DNA of 64,000 bases from Octopus vulgaris (Eukaryota). Under the pieces are notes generated by a model. That model saw nothing but the letters and a program-made list of their open reading frames with translations, had not been told where the DNA came from and did no database searches. Positions 12,982 to 26,077 of this stretch are shown piece by piece. The DNA is taken from assembly GCA_951406725.2 (NCBI GenBank), contig OX597822.1:110546001-110610000 (forward strand), given 5' to 3'. Made by a program: the position numbers and the translations under genes. The stretch's first letter is position 1. Each line of letters opens with the position of its first letter.

Positions 12982-13639
12982 TATATATATTTATATATAT
13001 AGAGAGAGATATACTCATTATATATATATCTAGCTATTACCACACGGCTTCGCCTTCTCCTATATATCATATAAAAAACTTACATTCATATGTTGGGTCT
13101 CACAGAAAAGATGACTAACGACTGAGGATTTGCCGGGGTCTAGACAACCCGTTCGGCTAAGTCGAATCGTGATCAGAAAGGCATGCGGCTTCTGTTTTTA
13201 TATCTCTGTACATAATCTATCCGTGATCAATCTCTCCGCAACAACTCATCTCCCTAACATCCCTCCTCCCATACATGTGTTCACTTGCACTATTCCTCTC
13301 CACCGTACCTCGTACTCTGCCTTTACCCTCTCTAGAACTTGTCTACACACAAGTTTCCTTGTCGAGTGAACTTCCTATTACATTTCATCGTAATATCCCA
13401 CCCTCTACCTGTGTTCACTTACAGTATTCCCCTTCTCTTCCTCTCCCAATCCCTTTTTCTCAAATTCGCGAACTTATCCAGTCTTCGGTTTCACTTCTTT
13501 TATATACACGCCCCGTCATATCACCACCACCCTCTCTTTCTCTGGGAGAACCATGTATCTTCTCTTCAGCAAGGCACTTGTTTCTCTTCCTCTATTCATT
13601 CTGTAACCACTCCTCGTCCATAGGCGCCTCCCACAATAC

Positions 13640-13885
13640 ATCATCATCATCATTGTTCGACCGTGGTCGAGACAATGGAATTTACCATGCTACGCCAGAC
13701 TTCACGGTCCATCATAGAATTACTGAGGTCCTGTTGCTTGATGCCTGTATCCCTGGAGATTACATCAGGGTAGGAGAGTGTGCGCCTTCTGGTATTGCGA
13801 GTAGATGGCTTCCAGAGGAGAAGAGTAAAAATTGCCTCGTTTTCAGCTCTACAACAATGTCCAGCAACAATACAACTCGCTCTTC
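13640..13885 (-). mobile_element. RTE-clade LINE 3' fragment
   Basis: Minus-strand translation AGHCCRAENEAIFTLLLWKPSTRNTRRRTLSYPDVISRDTG...MMDREVWRSMV is RTE C-terminus-like and is followed by a (GAT)n tail. Confidence 0.8.
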
Positions 13886-14227
13886 AGTTTGAGTCATTGG
13901 CTTTCAAATTACTTGGTGATCTCACTGCTGCTGTTACCACGTAACAAGTACCTATGACATTCTCTATATTGCATTAGAATGGGCATCCAAAGGTAGAAAC
14001 AGTGATCAAACAGGCAGTAAAGTTTAATGAAGTCTTCTGAGTTGCCAGCTACTTCCAAATCGCTCAACCCATGCCATCATTGAAGAATAACTTACTTTTG
14101 AATATTCATCATTAATCATACATTTCTAAGAATGTGGCAAGGATTTTGAAAGAAATGTATGTGTATGAGAAAGGCGAACACTGATGCGAGAGTGAGATTG
14201 AAAGAGAAAAAAAATAACAAATATGAA

Positions 14228-14448
14228 TATATTCTTTTCTACTCTAGGCATAAGGTCCGAAATTTTGGTGGAAGGGGCCAGTCACTTAAATCGATCCCAG
14301 TACACAACAGATACTTAATTTATCGACCCCATAAGGATGAAAGGCAAAAATCCACGTGGGCGGAATTTGAACTCAGAACGAAATGAGAGATCAAACACCG
14401 CTGAACATTTCGCGCGGCGTGCTAACGTTTCTGCCAGCTAACCGTCTT
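14228..14448 (-). mobile_element. SINE family B copy
   Basis: Homology to the 37-38 kb array unit, including the TGTGCCTAGAGTAGAAAAGAATAT-type tail. Confidence 0.85.
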
Positions 14449-14525
14449 CAAACATATATTGTCTAACAATGTATAATCAGTAAATTATTTTTATGACAAC
14501 AATTGAATAGAGGTCGTATAGAGAG

Positions 14526-14564
<39 letters not shown>

Positions 14565-14911
14565 GAGAGCGTTGCAAAGGAAGGAATGAATATGAGAGTG
14601 CTTTGGAAATGACGAAGAGTTGCAATTGGAATTACACGGCAAGGGTTATGAACAAAGTGTGGACGTAAGAGAGCGAAAGAGGAAGACCGTAGGGTGGAAG
14701 ACAAAACAAACATCAATATATAATACCTGATAATGAACACATTATAGTGTAAAAATTACAAATATTGTACAAGTGTGTAAAAGAACTCAGTAATTATTTC
14801 TAATGAAAACAGTTGAACAGTGTGGTAGAGAGCGGTAAAGAGACGGACATATTCCACAGGGATTTAAAAATTATTTAGTGATTGATGCAGTGAATAAAAT
14901 ATAATTAGTTA

Positions 14912-15142
14912 GGCGGCGAGCTGGCAGAAACGTTAGCACGCCGGGCGAAGTGCGTAGCCGTATTTCGTCTGCTGTTACGTTCTGGGTTCAAATTCCGCCG
15001 AGGTCGACTTTACCTTTCATCGTTTCAGGGTCGATAAATTAAGTGCCAGTTACGCACTGGGGTTGATGTAATCGACTTAATCCGTTTGTCTGTCCTTGTT
15101 TGTCCCCTCGGTGTTTAGCCCCTTGTGGGTAGTAAAGAAATA
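14912..15142 (+). mobile_element. SINE family B copy with alternative tail
   Basis: GGCGGCGAGCTGGCAGAAACGTTAGC head, GAGGTCGACTTTACCTTTCATC core, tail CCCCTTGTGGGTAGTAAAGAAATA. Confidence 0.88.
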
Positions 15143-15494
15143 TATATTTAGTGACTGAAACGTGTACTTCAAAAATATTTTGTTTAAAATACATTAAAAT
15201 TTTTAAGTTTTAGGAATTTTAAAAACTTTATAGTCAATGTAAACTTTGAAAAATTACATTCTTTTAGTAAAATTATATAATTGCAACTAATTAATAATTA
15301 GCTTTCTCCACTGTGGTGTACATATATATGTAAATATATACATCCATACGCACACTCATATTTGGATATCGTTAGGGCGATCCTACTAAAACGGCAGCAC
15401 TCTCGACTTCGACCACAATACCATTGTAGATTTTATTGCAGTGTTAATATTTTGTCTAATGATAGAATCCAAAGAAACTGGTGGCGGTCTACAT

Positions 15495-15872
15495 GGAAGC
15501 ACTCGTTACGACGACGAGGGTTCCGGTTGATCCGATCAACGGAACAGCCTGCTCGTGAAATTAACATGTAAGTGGCTGAGCACTCCACAGACACGTGTAC
15601 TCTTAACGTAGTTCTCGGGGATATTCAGTGTGACACAGAGAGTGACAAGGCCGGCCCTTTGAAATACAGGTACAAGAGAAACAGGAAGAAAGAGTGAGAG
15701 AAAGTTGTGGTGAAAGAGTACAGCAGGGATCACCACCATCCCCTGCCGGAGCCTCGTGGAGCTTTAGGTGTTTTCGCTCAATAAACACTCACAACGCCCG
15801 GTCTGGGAATCGAAAGCGCGATCCTACGACCGCGAGTCCGCTGCCCTAACCACTGGGCCATTGCGCCTCCAC
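15495..15872 (-). mobile_element. tRNA-derived SINE family C, full-length with 13-bp TSD
   Basis: TSD TGGCGGTCTACAT at 15482-15494 and 15873-15885; near-identical to 59592-59982. Confidence 0.95.
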
Positions 15873-17294
15873 TGGCGGTCTACATAGCTAAGTCGTTTAT
15901 TAACAATGCTACATTTTACCAACTCTGTGATAGTACATATACACTATTTACTTTTAGATATTGTGAAGGACTGTTGAGTTGATGGTAGCCATAGCAGTTT
16001 TAGCTTGCAGCTTGTTATTTCATTAAGCAGGTATTTTCCGTGATGATAATATGATAATGCAACAGTAATGAGCAAGAAAACATTTGAAACATGATAGTTA
16101 GTATGCCACATGAATCTCCGTTGAATAATATTAAATTCTTTTCCTTTTGCAGTCTCCATGTGTGCCTCATTAAAATATAAAGTAAATCGTTAACTCTGGT
16201 TAATTTAGAAGGAAATGCTGAAAATAAAGCAAGGAATTGCAATATCGGTATGATAGAATAACCCACAAATGCAGCCAAGATATAACTGGATAGCTTTGAG
16301 TAATTTGTTACTAACGAGAATGTTTAGATTATCAAAGTAAATTTGAGTCTTAACAGCGAAAATGGCATTGACTTTCATATAAAATATGATATATATAAAT
16401 CATTTACCTTATTTGATAATTATGAAAGCAGCTTTATCATCGTGTTGTTATGAATTCTCTTGCAATGCATCCCATCGCGAGGCTATGATATTTTCTCATA
16501 TCAAAATCTTATAAATATATAATGCTGAACATTGGATACTAAATACCAACCAAACATTTTATCAAATTCTTTTAACATTCAGTTCTTGGACTTTGTAGTG
16601 AAAACGAATTGTTTTTGGCGAGGTGCAAAAATATCATTTGCATGGGCAGATGTGACTCAATCAAAATCAATATATTTCATGAATCACTCCTAGAGTTCAC
16701 TTAGATTACTTTGTTCATAAACTTACGTAGGCTCTATCCAGTAGATTTATTACTCGACACACTTGGCGCAAGACTATCTTTCCTTTTGCCCAATACGCCC
16801 TTTCCTAAAGCTAGTATCGCGTATTTGTGTGATATTTGGCTGATATTTCTGACATTAAATTCCACCCCCTTTCAGCTTGCTCTCAGTAATTTATCTTGTA
16901 AATTATACTTTACAATATATCATACTGCCGCAAGCCCCGTTTGGCCGTGTTGTTGGTATATTCCATACAATATGGTAGTAAATATGGTGGATCAAGTGTT
17001 GTAAATGTCAGTGGTTGTAGCAAATATTGAAACTGTATGCTTATATATCAGCTGTTTACGTGCTAGGGCATGCATAGTTTTCACAGAATAAGTAAGTTCA
17101 ATGTGGTCGAAATCTATACCTCTGTCGTTTTATTTCGTTACGTCTAATTTCTGCCTTCTATTGTAGAGCTCTATCTCCATTTTACATTTTGCTATTACTT
17201 ACACGCCCTTCATATGTCTGAAAACACTTTCAGGGACACCCCATTTCTTTTCCTAATTGATAGGAAAATTGGGTAATTTTTATGTTTCTCTCTG

Positions 17295-17698
17295 TTTATA
17301 CAATTCCTAATAAGAGTTTATTATAAAAATCATCATAGATTTTTGAAAAATTCAAATGGCTATGGAGGTCCAGTAGAAGAAAAAGGAAATCAAAGGGGTC
17401 CACATACCCTGATTATACCCGTTGGCTTATCAGAGTCTAAAGTTGGAAGGAGACAGAACTGCACACCGCTTCACTGGTACTCATTTTGAGCTAAGTAACC
17501 TTGAGCAACGTGACATGGACTTTCCTAGTGAAGGACAAAAGACACTTCTCGAAATCGAACTCACGATATTTGATATATTAAACCTATTTTTAAACGTATG
17601 CGAAATCTCGTAAGGGACGACCTAAATCTGTTAAACCACCTCCCCAAATCCATTAATAATAAATAATGCTACTATTGTATCTTTTGACGTGGCAAACC
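17295..17698 (+). repeat. About 400-bp inverted duplicate of 20368-20770, including the start of a Penelope RT fragment
   Basis: Paired ORFs 17422-17613(+) and 20452-20643(-) are near-identical; the distal part reads VRDDLNLLNHLPKSIN...ATIVSFDVANL. Confidence 0.9.
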
Positions 17699-18093
17699 TA
17701 TCTCAACCACCGACGTACGTCTTTATCTGTTTTATCCAATTCTCAATGTGGTACTGTAGTTGTCTTTGTTCCACTCCTCGCAGCACACAATACTTTCTAC
17801 TTATGCAAACCTATAGGGTGACTGAAAAATGACACATGACTTCGCACACGCATATGGACAGACACAAACACACACACACACACGCACAAGCACACACACA
17901 TGCACACACGCAGACAAACAAACACACATGCCCGCACACACGCAAGTCTCTAAATATGTATGACATGTAAACCTTCAGTTTCAACTTTCTTTGATCATTA
18001 CGCCTTGAAACGAATGCTTAGGAAAAAAATATGAACTTTTATAGTAAAAGTTCTTGTTTTGCATATCTACACACACATACACACACACACAAA

Positions 18094-18124
<31 letters not shown>

Positions 18125-18338
18125 GATCGCCATGTTGATTCGCTAGCTTCTCCACGCATTTTTTTTCTCTCCTTGTTTCTCTCCGTGTTTCTTTTCTGTG
18201 TATCTTTCTGTTGAGAGCGTAGGCTCGAAACGTAAAAGACTTGTTTTATTTATATTCCTGAGCTCCATACTAATACAATTGTTTGTTTGTATTCCACCTG
18301 TCTTCGTCTTTTGTTTATTTTCATAAAGCTTCCCGTTA
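18125..18338 (+). mobile_element. Solo Penelope pseudo-LTR/3' terminus inside (TA)n
   Basis: Closely similar to 25675-25892; flanked on both sides by (TA)n. Confidence 0.75.
18203..18239 (+). ncRNA. Minimal hammerhead motif, A6U variant (CUGUUGA)
   Basis: TCTTT-CTGTTGA-GAGC(GTAG)GCTC-GAA-ACGT-A-AAAGA. Confidence 0.65.
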
Positions 18339-18342
18339 TATA

Positions 18343-18401
<59 letters not shown>

Positions 18402-18406
<5 letters not shown>

Positions 18407-20500
18407 CAAGTTATTTTATTCCGCACGAGTAGAAATATAGGAAAATTAGAAGTTGAAGATGCACTGGGAATAGTCAAAGTAGTTTTTATTATTATATTTA
18501 AAGATTTAATCGGTTTCACACTTTACATTGACTTTCGAAAAGTTGAAATAGAAGAAGCTGTCTTGATTCTGACTTGTGTTTGAAGCTTCCCCTATTTTTA
18601 TAGGGAGTTCATTGCAAAAATTACTGTATGTTTTGAATAAGATATGATTGGTAGAGGACAGTCAAAATTTTGTAGGTTCCTCGCTACATCCGTGTGTTTG
18701 GATGAAGTGAACATATTTCACGTCGTAAGTTAAGGCTAACACGGTTGACTGAACATGTCCAAACAATCAAGGCTCTGAATGTTTTCTGTCAAGTGTTTGT
18801 AAAGAATGAACCCGTGATTAAGTTGAGAACCTTTTGTATGTTTCCCGCTACGTCCATGCGTTAGTGTCACGTGACAGTATATTTTGTGCCTACAAAGACA
18901 CGTTTGAGCGAACATGTTTAGTTTCAATCAAGGCATTCCAAATTGGAGATTGGACAGGAGTTCTTTGAATGTAATTCAGTGGGTAAAATTTCGGCTGTTA
19001 GCTCTGTTGATTTCTCATGTTAAGTGGCAGAATGAATTTTGTATGTGAATAGTTATTTGTTGATGTACACTGTTAAAGTTTGTGAAGACTTGGTTTGTTC
19101 TTTTGTATGAAAATATTTTCTTTGTTTATCCGTGTTTCATGAGTGGTATTCAATGAACATAGGTAGAGTGGGAAGACCTGGAATTTAGGGTACTTTTTTT
19201 TTGTATTTATATCTATGTATCCACTCAGTGGAATCTGTCTAGTTCTGGTGTCTCGTATTTGTTGTCGGTAAATGATCAGTCTATTTCTTAGAGTAAGCTT
19301 TGTTTGACCTGCGTAATCTTGATTACATGCTTGACATTTGATAGCGTATATTAAATTCCCTGACGAACATAAAATGATTTTTTACAGCAAAAATTTGTCC
19401 TGATTTGAATTTGTATGTTGTGTCTTCAATAAGGTTCGCAATTAGTGCGGCCACACATTTTGACTGTTGGTGTAGGAATTGTGGGGCTTTTATTGTCTTT
19501 TACTTTTGATTATTTTATGTATTTCGCAAGTTTATTTCATCCTTGGGTCTTGTTTTAGAAGTAGGATGTTTGGGTGGATAATATTGTAAACCGCTGTTTC
19601 TTCGGTTGTGTGTTGTAATAAAGGGAAGAGTAATGGATGTATCTGGAGCGTTTTCTTCAATATTTATTCCTTAGGCACATTCTACTCCGTTCCCTATTAA
19701 CATTAATGAATATTGTCTTTTAAGTAGTATTTGCTTTAGTTCCTGGAGTCTTTTATTTCGGGATTCAGGGTTTGAAACAGTTGTGCAGATTCTTCTTGCT
19801 AGATTAAAGAGAATATTATTCTTCGTGTGTTTGGGATGGTATGAGAACAGGAAATATTGTTTAGAATTTGTTTGTTCGGAATGAATATCTGTTTCAATGT
19901 TTTTAACTATTTTGATGATTAGTATATCTAGGAATGGTAGTTGAGTTTTAGTGTATTCCATGGCGAAATTGATATTGTCTATGCTGTAGATTACGTTTTT
20001 GGAATCTATAAGTTGTTTAAATGTGTGCATCCATAGGATCAGGCAGTCATTTAGGTAACGATTCCAGTTTTCTAGTAGGAATTTGTGGAAGTTTAAGCCA
20101 TATTTTAATTTAGATTGTTCACATATTTGAACCTCCATATATACCATGACTAGATTGGCGAAATTTGGAACAACTTTTTGCCACATCGCAATCTCAGATA
20201 TTTGTTTGTAAATATTGCCATCGAAGTCAAAAAGTTGTTTTCAAGAATTAACATTAATCCTTCAGTGATGAAACTCTTTTCAATTATGTCCGTAATTTGA
20301 TGAGGGAGATTTTCAAGCCAGAAATTTATTGACTCTAGTCCATATTGGTGTCGATTGTGGCATTGAAGTTTGCCATGTCAAAAGATACAATAGTGGCATT
20401 ATTTATTATTAATGGATTCTGGGAGGTGGTTTAACAGATTCAGGTCGTCCCTTACGAGATTTCGCATACATTTAAAAATAGGTTTAATATATCAAATATC
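18402..20500 (-). mobile_element. Decayed Penelope-like element (RT + GIY-YIG + 3' region)
   Basis: PNFANLVM..., WNRYLNDCLILW, LPFLDILI, HPKHTKNNILFNLARRICT; downstream NLIYAIKCQACNQDYAGQT (GIY-YIG); 3' end homologous to 51750-52275. Confidence 0.88.
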
Positions 20501-21002
20501 GTGAGTTCAATTTCGGGAAGTGTCTTTTGTCCTTCAGTAAGACAGTCCATGTCACGTTCCTCTGGGTTACTTAGCTCAAAATGAGTACGAGTGAAGCGGT
20601 GTGCAGTTCTCTCTCCATCCAACTTCAGACTCTGATAAGCCAACGGGTTTAATCAGAGCATGTGCTCCCCTTTGATTTCCATTTTCTTCTACTGGACCTC
20701 CATAGCCATTTGAAGTTTTCAAAAATCTATGATGATTTTTATAATTAACTCTTATTAGGAATTGTATAAAATATATTAAAATATTTTGTGTATTGTACAA
20801 GCATAAGAGATTTATTGCACATACGTTTTAACAACAAAGTCTCATATAGACCCCCATGGGTCATGTGCATCCTACTTGGGAACCATTGGGTTACATAATA
20901 CGTGGGTCGTTCCGAGTGTCTATTTGCTCGCGACTACACAGGCACCTTAAAACTATTTGCGAATGCATAATACAAATTGCTCTCCAGTGACGGCTGGCAT
21001 TT

Positions 21003-21063
<61 letters not shown>

Positions 21064-22089
21064 ATCACGCAAACACACTCACACAAACACACACACACGC
21101 ACATAGAAACACGCACGCACCTAGGGATTTACTTTGATACTACAAAGAGTTTCTGCTGTGTGTATGTGCTCAAGCAAAATTTATTGTAGATGTTTAGATC
21201 GCATTAAAACAAGTTTGGTCACATATTAGTGTTATATGTGAGTTCATATATAATCTTAACGTCATATATATAACCTTAACCTAGCGTGTGGTTCATCGTT
21301 TAGCAGGGGATTTATACATGGGGTGAGATAACTTCCAATCTTAATTTTACAGGTCACACAAAATATAGTTTATAGGTGGTAACATTTTTCCAATAATGTG
21401 AGTTTGTATTTCAAGAGAAATAACCAATCTGTGTGTCAGATGACCCGAGAAGAGTCTCTTTTTTATGGGAAAGGAAATACTAAATTTTCGCCGATGTGGA
21501 ACGTAGAATATTTCGTGTTTTGTACTCTTGACGGTAGCTGATGAGCTATTCAAAATTTTTTTGTGTGCGACATAAATCGTACATAACGTCGCTGCTATTA
21601 TATATATCGACAATGCTCCATTTTATAATCGCATAGATAATTCCTTATTCATTTTCGATATGCATTGCGGCAGTAATCTAATTTTTTGCATATGAATGAA
21701 TATGTTGTGTGTATCAGGCTTTGAGGTTGTTTATTCACATTCCTATTTACGTTATTCTAATCCCATACATTGTTTTCGTTACAGTTCTATACACAAGTAC
21801 AGTGGATAACCATCTCCAAAGAGAGAAGATATCAATGTGTTTCTAGAGTTGCATTCATGTTGTGATATTTTTGAGCGGCTGAGATTATTATCTAGACTGA
21901 ATTTTGGCAGCAGAATTTGGTTTCTTGTGAAACGGAGACGTGACTTGAAACAAATTTACCAATGTTTATATGCTTTTATGATCTGGAGACGGATGTCGTT
22001 CCTAGAATTTTCGTTATATTTCAGTTTATCTTTGGCTAGTGTTATGTGACTGCAAAATAGCAGCTTTTGAATTATTTCTCTATTGTAAC

Positions 22090-22780
22090 ATCTTCTTCGC
22101 CCACTGGGTGGGTCGTGGTGGCAGAGTCCCCAAAGACGCCTTCCATCGGGTCCTGTTAGAAGATACCGTTTCCAATTGATACTTCTGGATCCCCAACCGA
22201 GCCCACCTGAACTCATGGATGTTATTCAACCATCTTGCTCGTGATTTACCTCTCAGTCACCAGCCGGTTGGTTTTGCCCGTAAAACTTGCTTGACAATTC
22301 TTTCCCGAGACATTCTTGCCACATATCCATGGTATCGGAACCGTCTCAATTCAGAGATATACTGGCCCTAAGTGGAACGCCTGTCTGGTCACACAGCCAC
22401 GCACACTATTGAGTGACTTTACTCCAAAGACTCTTCGGAGGCTGCCCATTTCGGCTGCTTGTATCCGCAATCATATTCTTTCGGCAATTACCATAGACAA
22501 GGGTAGACACGAGCACTGAACTGAAGATAGTTTAGCTTTTACACCTAACTCCCTTCTTCTGAGCACTGAATGTTGAAGTTGATGCACTACTATACAAGTT
22601 CCTGTAATTCTTGCACTTAACGCAGCCTCCTGCATTCCATTACTCGTGAAAACAGCTTCGAGGTACTTGAAATTCTCCACCTGTTCCTGCACCTCTTGGG
22701 CTTCCTTGAAAAGACGAGTGTCTCAGTCTTAGCCGCACTGATTTTAATTTCTACCGAGCATAACTCGACATTAACTGCAT
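22090..22780 (-). mobile_element. RTE-clade (Expander/Rex3-like) LINE 3' fragment
   Basis: KISAAKTETLV, QVENFKYLEAVFTSNG, GYVARMSRERIVKQVL, RGKSRARWLNNI on the minus strand, with frameshifts. Confidence 0.85.
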
Positions 22781-23064
22781 GTCGGAGATAACCAATTAAT
22801 AAAGAAATACCAAACATAATCGATATTTTCCGAGTTATTTAGATATTTTCAGCGAGTGGTTACGCCTCATATTGATGCAAATATATTTTTCTTACTATTT
22901 TTAAGTTACTGTTATCATAAAATTTGTTCTTTGTGTATTCTAAATATGCCATTTAATGTTCTTTAAGACAGTGTTCTTTAAAACATACCCATGTCTTGGC
23001 CGCTATGTGAAGATGCGGTTTGGTAACATCATATATCATGTTAAAGTTTTTTAATTTTTTTTAT

Positions 23065-23226
23065 TTGTTGCAGTCATTTGACTGTGACCATACTGGAGCA
23101 CCGCCTTTAGTCGAGCAAATCGACCCCAGGACTTATTCTTTGTAAGCCTAGTACTTATTCTATCGGTCTCTCTTGCCGAACCGCTAAGTGACGGGGAGGT
23201 AAACACACCAGCATCAGTTGTCAAGC
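23065..23226 (-). mobile_element. SINE family A, 3' half
   Basis: Matches the tail half of 12586-12981. Confidence 0.88.
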
Positions 23227-23439
23227 TACCTACCTACTTACCTACCTACCTACCTACTTACTTTCATACATACATACATACATACATACATACATACATA
23301 CATAAATACATACGTACATACATACATACATACATGAAAGCATCCACAAACCCAACAACCCTGGCCGCCCCATCATCTCCTCCTGTAACTGCCCCACAGA
23401 GCTCATCTCTAAATACCTCGATCGTGTCCTTGCCCCCTA

Positions 23440-24447
23440 GTGGCATCTCTTCCCTCCCACATCCACGATACCAACCATGCTCTCCGGCTTTTCAACTCTT
23501 TCTCCTTTCCTCCCGGCTCCTCCAAAATCCTTTTTACTATGGACATCCAAAGCCTCTATACTGTTATCCCTCACCACGAAGGACTGCAGGCCCTTCGACA
23601 CTTTCTTGACCTCCGCTCTAACCCTGTACCTGACACCTCCACACTCATTCGTCTGGCCGAACTTGTCCTTACTCTGAACTGCTTCTCGTTCGCGGGCGAG
23701 TTCTACCATCAGGTCTCGGGAGTGGCCATGGGAACGCGAATGGGCCCCAACTATGCGAACCTGTTCGTTGGCTATGTTGAGGCCCAAATATTCTCTAATT
23801 TCACTGGTCCCACTCCTGAACTATATGGTCGTTATATTGACGACATTATCGGTGCCACCTCACTCTCCCGCGAACATCTAGATTCCTTCCTCTCTTTCGT
23901 CCAATCTTTCCATCCAGCCCTCCACTTCACTTCCACTATCTCCAACACCTCTGTCTCCTTCCTCGACATTTCGGTTAGCATTCTTCACTCCACTCTTACC
24001 ACCTCCATTCACTACAAACACACAGACTCACACTCATACCTCAACTTCTCTTCCTCCCACCCAGAACACACCAAGCTTTCCATCCCCTATTCCCAATTCC
24101 TCAGTCTACGTAGGCTCTGTAGTGACGACCATGACTTTGAGACTCAGTCTCAACGTATGTCTCACCACTTCACCCTACGTGGATACCCCCTCACCACTAT
24201 CCACACTGCCCTTGCCAGAGCACGGTCCGTGGACCGTGTATCTGCTCTCTCTCCCCGAACCCGCCCTGTAGTCTCCCGCCTCCCTTTTCCCCTCACTTAC
24301 CACCCCACGACCCTACGTCTCCAACGCACCATTCTTCGAGCTTTCCGTCATCTCCAGTCCGACCCGTCCACTTCACACCTCTTCCCTAACCGACCCCCTC
24401 CCCTCTTTCAAACGAGCCCACAACCTTCGAGACCTTTTGGTCCATAG
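23440..24447 (+). CDS. Penelope-like reverse transcriptase (partial, frameshifted at both ends)
   Basis: MDIQSLYTVIP, GVAMGTRMGPNYANLF, RYIDDI, SFLDI, YKHTDSHSYLNFSSSHP, SIPYSQFL motifs. Confidence 0.93.
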   Translation: MASLPSHIHDTNHALRLFNSFSFPPGSSKILFTMDIQSLYTVIPHHEGLQALRHFLDLRSNPVPDTSTLIRLAELVLTLNCFSFAGEFYHQVSGVAMGTRMGPNYANLFVGYVEAQIFSNFTGPTPELYGRYIDDIIGATSLSREHLDSFLSFVQSFHPALHFTSTISNTSVSFLDISVSILHSTLTTSIHYKHTDSHSYLNFSSSHPEHTKLSIPYSQFLSLRRLCSDDHDFETQSQRMSHHFTLRGYPLTTIHTALARARSVDRVSALSPRTRPVVSRLPFPLTYHPTTLRLQRTILRAFRHLQSDPSTSHLFPNRPPPLFQTSPQPSRPFGP

Positions 24448-24890
24448 CTCCTTCCCTGACCCTACCTCCCAACCCGGCTCGTTCCCCTGCTCCCGCCCAC
24501 GTTGCCGCACTTGCCCTTACCTCTCCAACACCACCCGCCTCACTAGCACCCACCATCGACCCTATCCCTTCATCCACTCCTTCACCTGCACCTCCAGCAA
24601 TATTATCTATTGCATCTCTTGCTCTCTCTGCAATTCCTTGTACATCGGACAAACGGGACGCCGCTTGGCTGACCGGTTCGCGGAACACCTTCGTGACATC
24701 CACCTTGCGAACGACACACCGGTCTCACGCCATTTCCGCTCCACCGGTCACTCCTTGCAACACCTATCTGTGTTCGGTTTGTCCTTACACAGAGGCCATC
24801 CGGATTCCCGTTTGCGCCGTGAACGGGAATTAATCTTCTCTCTTCGCTATTATACGCCATTTGGTCTCAACTCTCCCCCCTCCTCATCTA
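24437..24890 (+). CDS. GIY-YIG endonuclease domain of Penelope-like element (frameshifted from RT)
   Basis: CSRPRCRTC linker, NIIYCISCSLCNSLYIGQTGRRLADRFAEH, RLRRERELI, PFGLN. Confidence 0.92.
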
Positions 24891-25580
24891 ACCCCCTCTC
24901 CCCCCTCCTCACCTATCCTTTCTCCCCCCGACCCCTACTTCTTCAGTCCTTCATCCTTTCACCCCTACTCCCCTTCCCTTCTTCCCTCTTTCTCCCTCCC
25001 TCTTCCCCTTCCCTCTGCTCCCTCACTCCCTCTCTCCCCTTCTCTCTCCCCTTCTATCTCCCCTTCTATCTCCCCCTCTCCCTCTTTCCTCCTTCATCCC
25101 CCCTCCTCCCCTTCCTTCTCCCCCCTCCTCTCCTCTTCCCCCTTCTCCTCCCCCTCTTCTTCCCCTCCCCTTCTCTCCCCCTCTTCTCCCTCTCCCCTCT
25201 TCTCCTCACTACACCACATGACTTTACACATCACATCACATATGATGTGCCATACTAATACACACACCAACTAATACATACTAATACGTACTAATACATA
25301 CTAGTACATACTAATACTTACACCAACCCTATACATACACACGTCCAGACCCCGCATACGCACTTATACTCTCTCACACACACACACACACACCTATACA
25401 TACCAATACGTACTAATACATACTAATACATACTAACACATACACCAACCCCATACATACGCACGTCCAGACCAATCCTACGCACTAATACTCTCTCATA
25501 CACACACACACACACACCCTTATACATACTAATACATACACCAACCCTATACATACACACATCCAGACCCCTCCCACGCA
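24890..25580 (+). repeat. Pyrimidine (CT)-rich tract followed by about 3 imperfect tandem units with CTAATACATA subrepeats, inside the PLE 3' region
   Basis: Repeated CACCAACCC(T/C)ATACATAC(A/G)CAC(G/A)TCCAGACC at about 25321, 25443 and 25539. Confidence 0.85.
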
Positions 25581-25754
25581 ATATTAGCTGGTCCCTCAAC
25601 CCTTTTATCAACCCTATTATCTCCCCTTATTTCGCTCTCGCGTCTCATGTTTGATCTTTGACCTCTGGCCGAAATCAGATCGCCATGTTGATTCGTTAGC
25701 TACTGCACGCATTTTTTTTCTCTCCTTCTTTCTGTGTTTTTCTCTCTCTGTGTA

Positions 25755-25792
25755 TCTTTCTGTTGAAGAGCGTAGGCTCGAAACGTTAAAGA
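25755..25792 (+). ncRNA. Minimal hammerhead-like motif (CUGUUGA-A) in the PLE terminus
   Basis: TCTTT-CTGTTGA-A-GAGC(GTAG)GCTC-GAA-ACGT-T-AAAGA. Confidence 0.6.
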
Positions 25793-25891
25793 CTTGTTTT
25801 TATTTATATTTCCTGAGCGCCATACTAATACAATTGTTCGTTTGTTTTCCACCTGCCTTCGTCTTTTTGTTTATTTTCATAAAGCTTCCCG

Positions 25892-25929
<38 letters not shown>

Positions 25930-26032
25930 ATCCGTTTATGAATTCGTGTTGCAAGATACGTGAGGTGAAACCGTGTGTTCAAACAGATATTGTTGCATTT
26001 AAAGATGGTCATTTCTTTAAAGAGGATGGAAA

Positions 26033-26077
26033 GTGCCGCTGAAGGGGTCGCAGGTGTGTGACGAAAGATTTTCGGAC
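26033..26077 (+). ncRNA. Degenerate minimal hammerhead motif in a PLE-terminus fragment (about 25930-26185)
   Basis: CCG-CTGAAGG-G-GTCGC(AGGTGT)GTGAC-GAA-AGATTT-T-CGG; stem II and downstream sequence resemble the 29267 motif. Confidence 0.55.

Larger units (their letters stand above)
23334..25892 (+). mobile_element. 5'-truncated Penelope-like element (Neptune-like), relatively young
   Basis: IHKPNNPGRPIISSCNCP, RT core, Cys-rich linker, GIY-YIG, CT-rich tract, tandem repeats, then terminal repeat with HHR-like motif; bounded by (CATA)n and (TA)n. Confidence 0.92.

Noticed and set aside
13117-13170. ACGA-CTGAGGA-long hairpin-GAA-TCGT hammerhead-like string
   Set aside because: No stem III or NUH cleavage site between GAA and the stem I partner, so the fold is incomplete.
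13275-13892. 205-aa plus-strand ORF
   Set aside because: Runs through a CT-rich low-complexity tract and the antisense of an RTE fragment; no recognisable domain.
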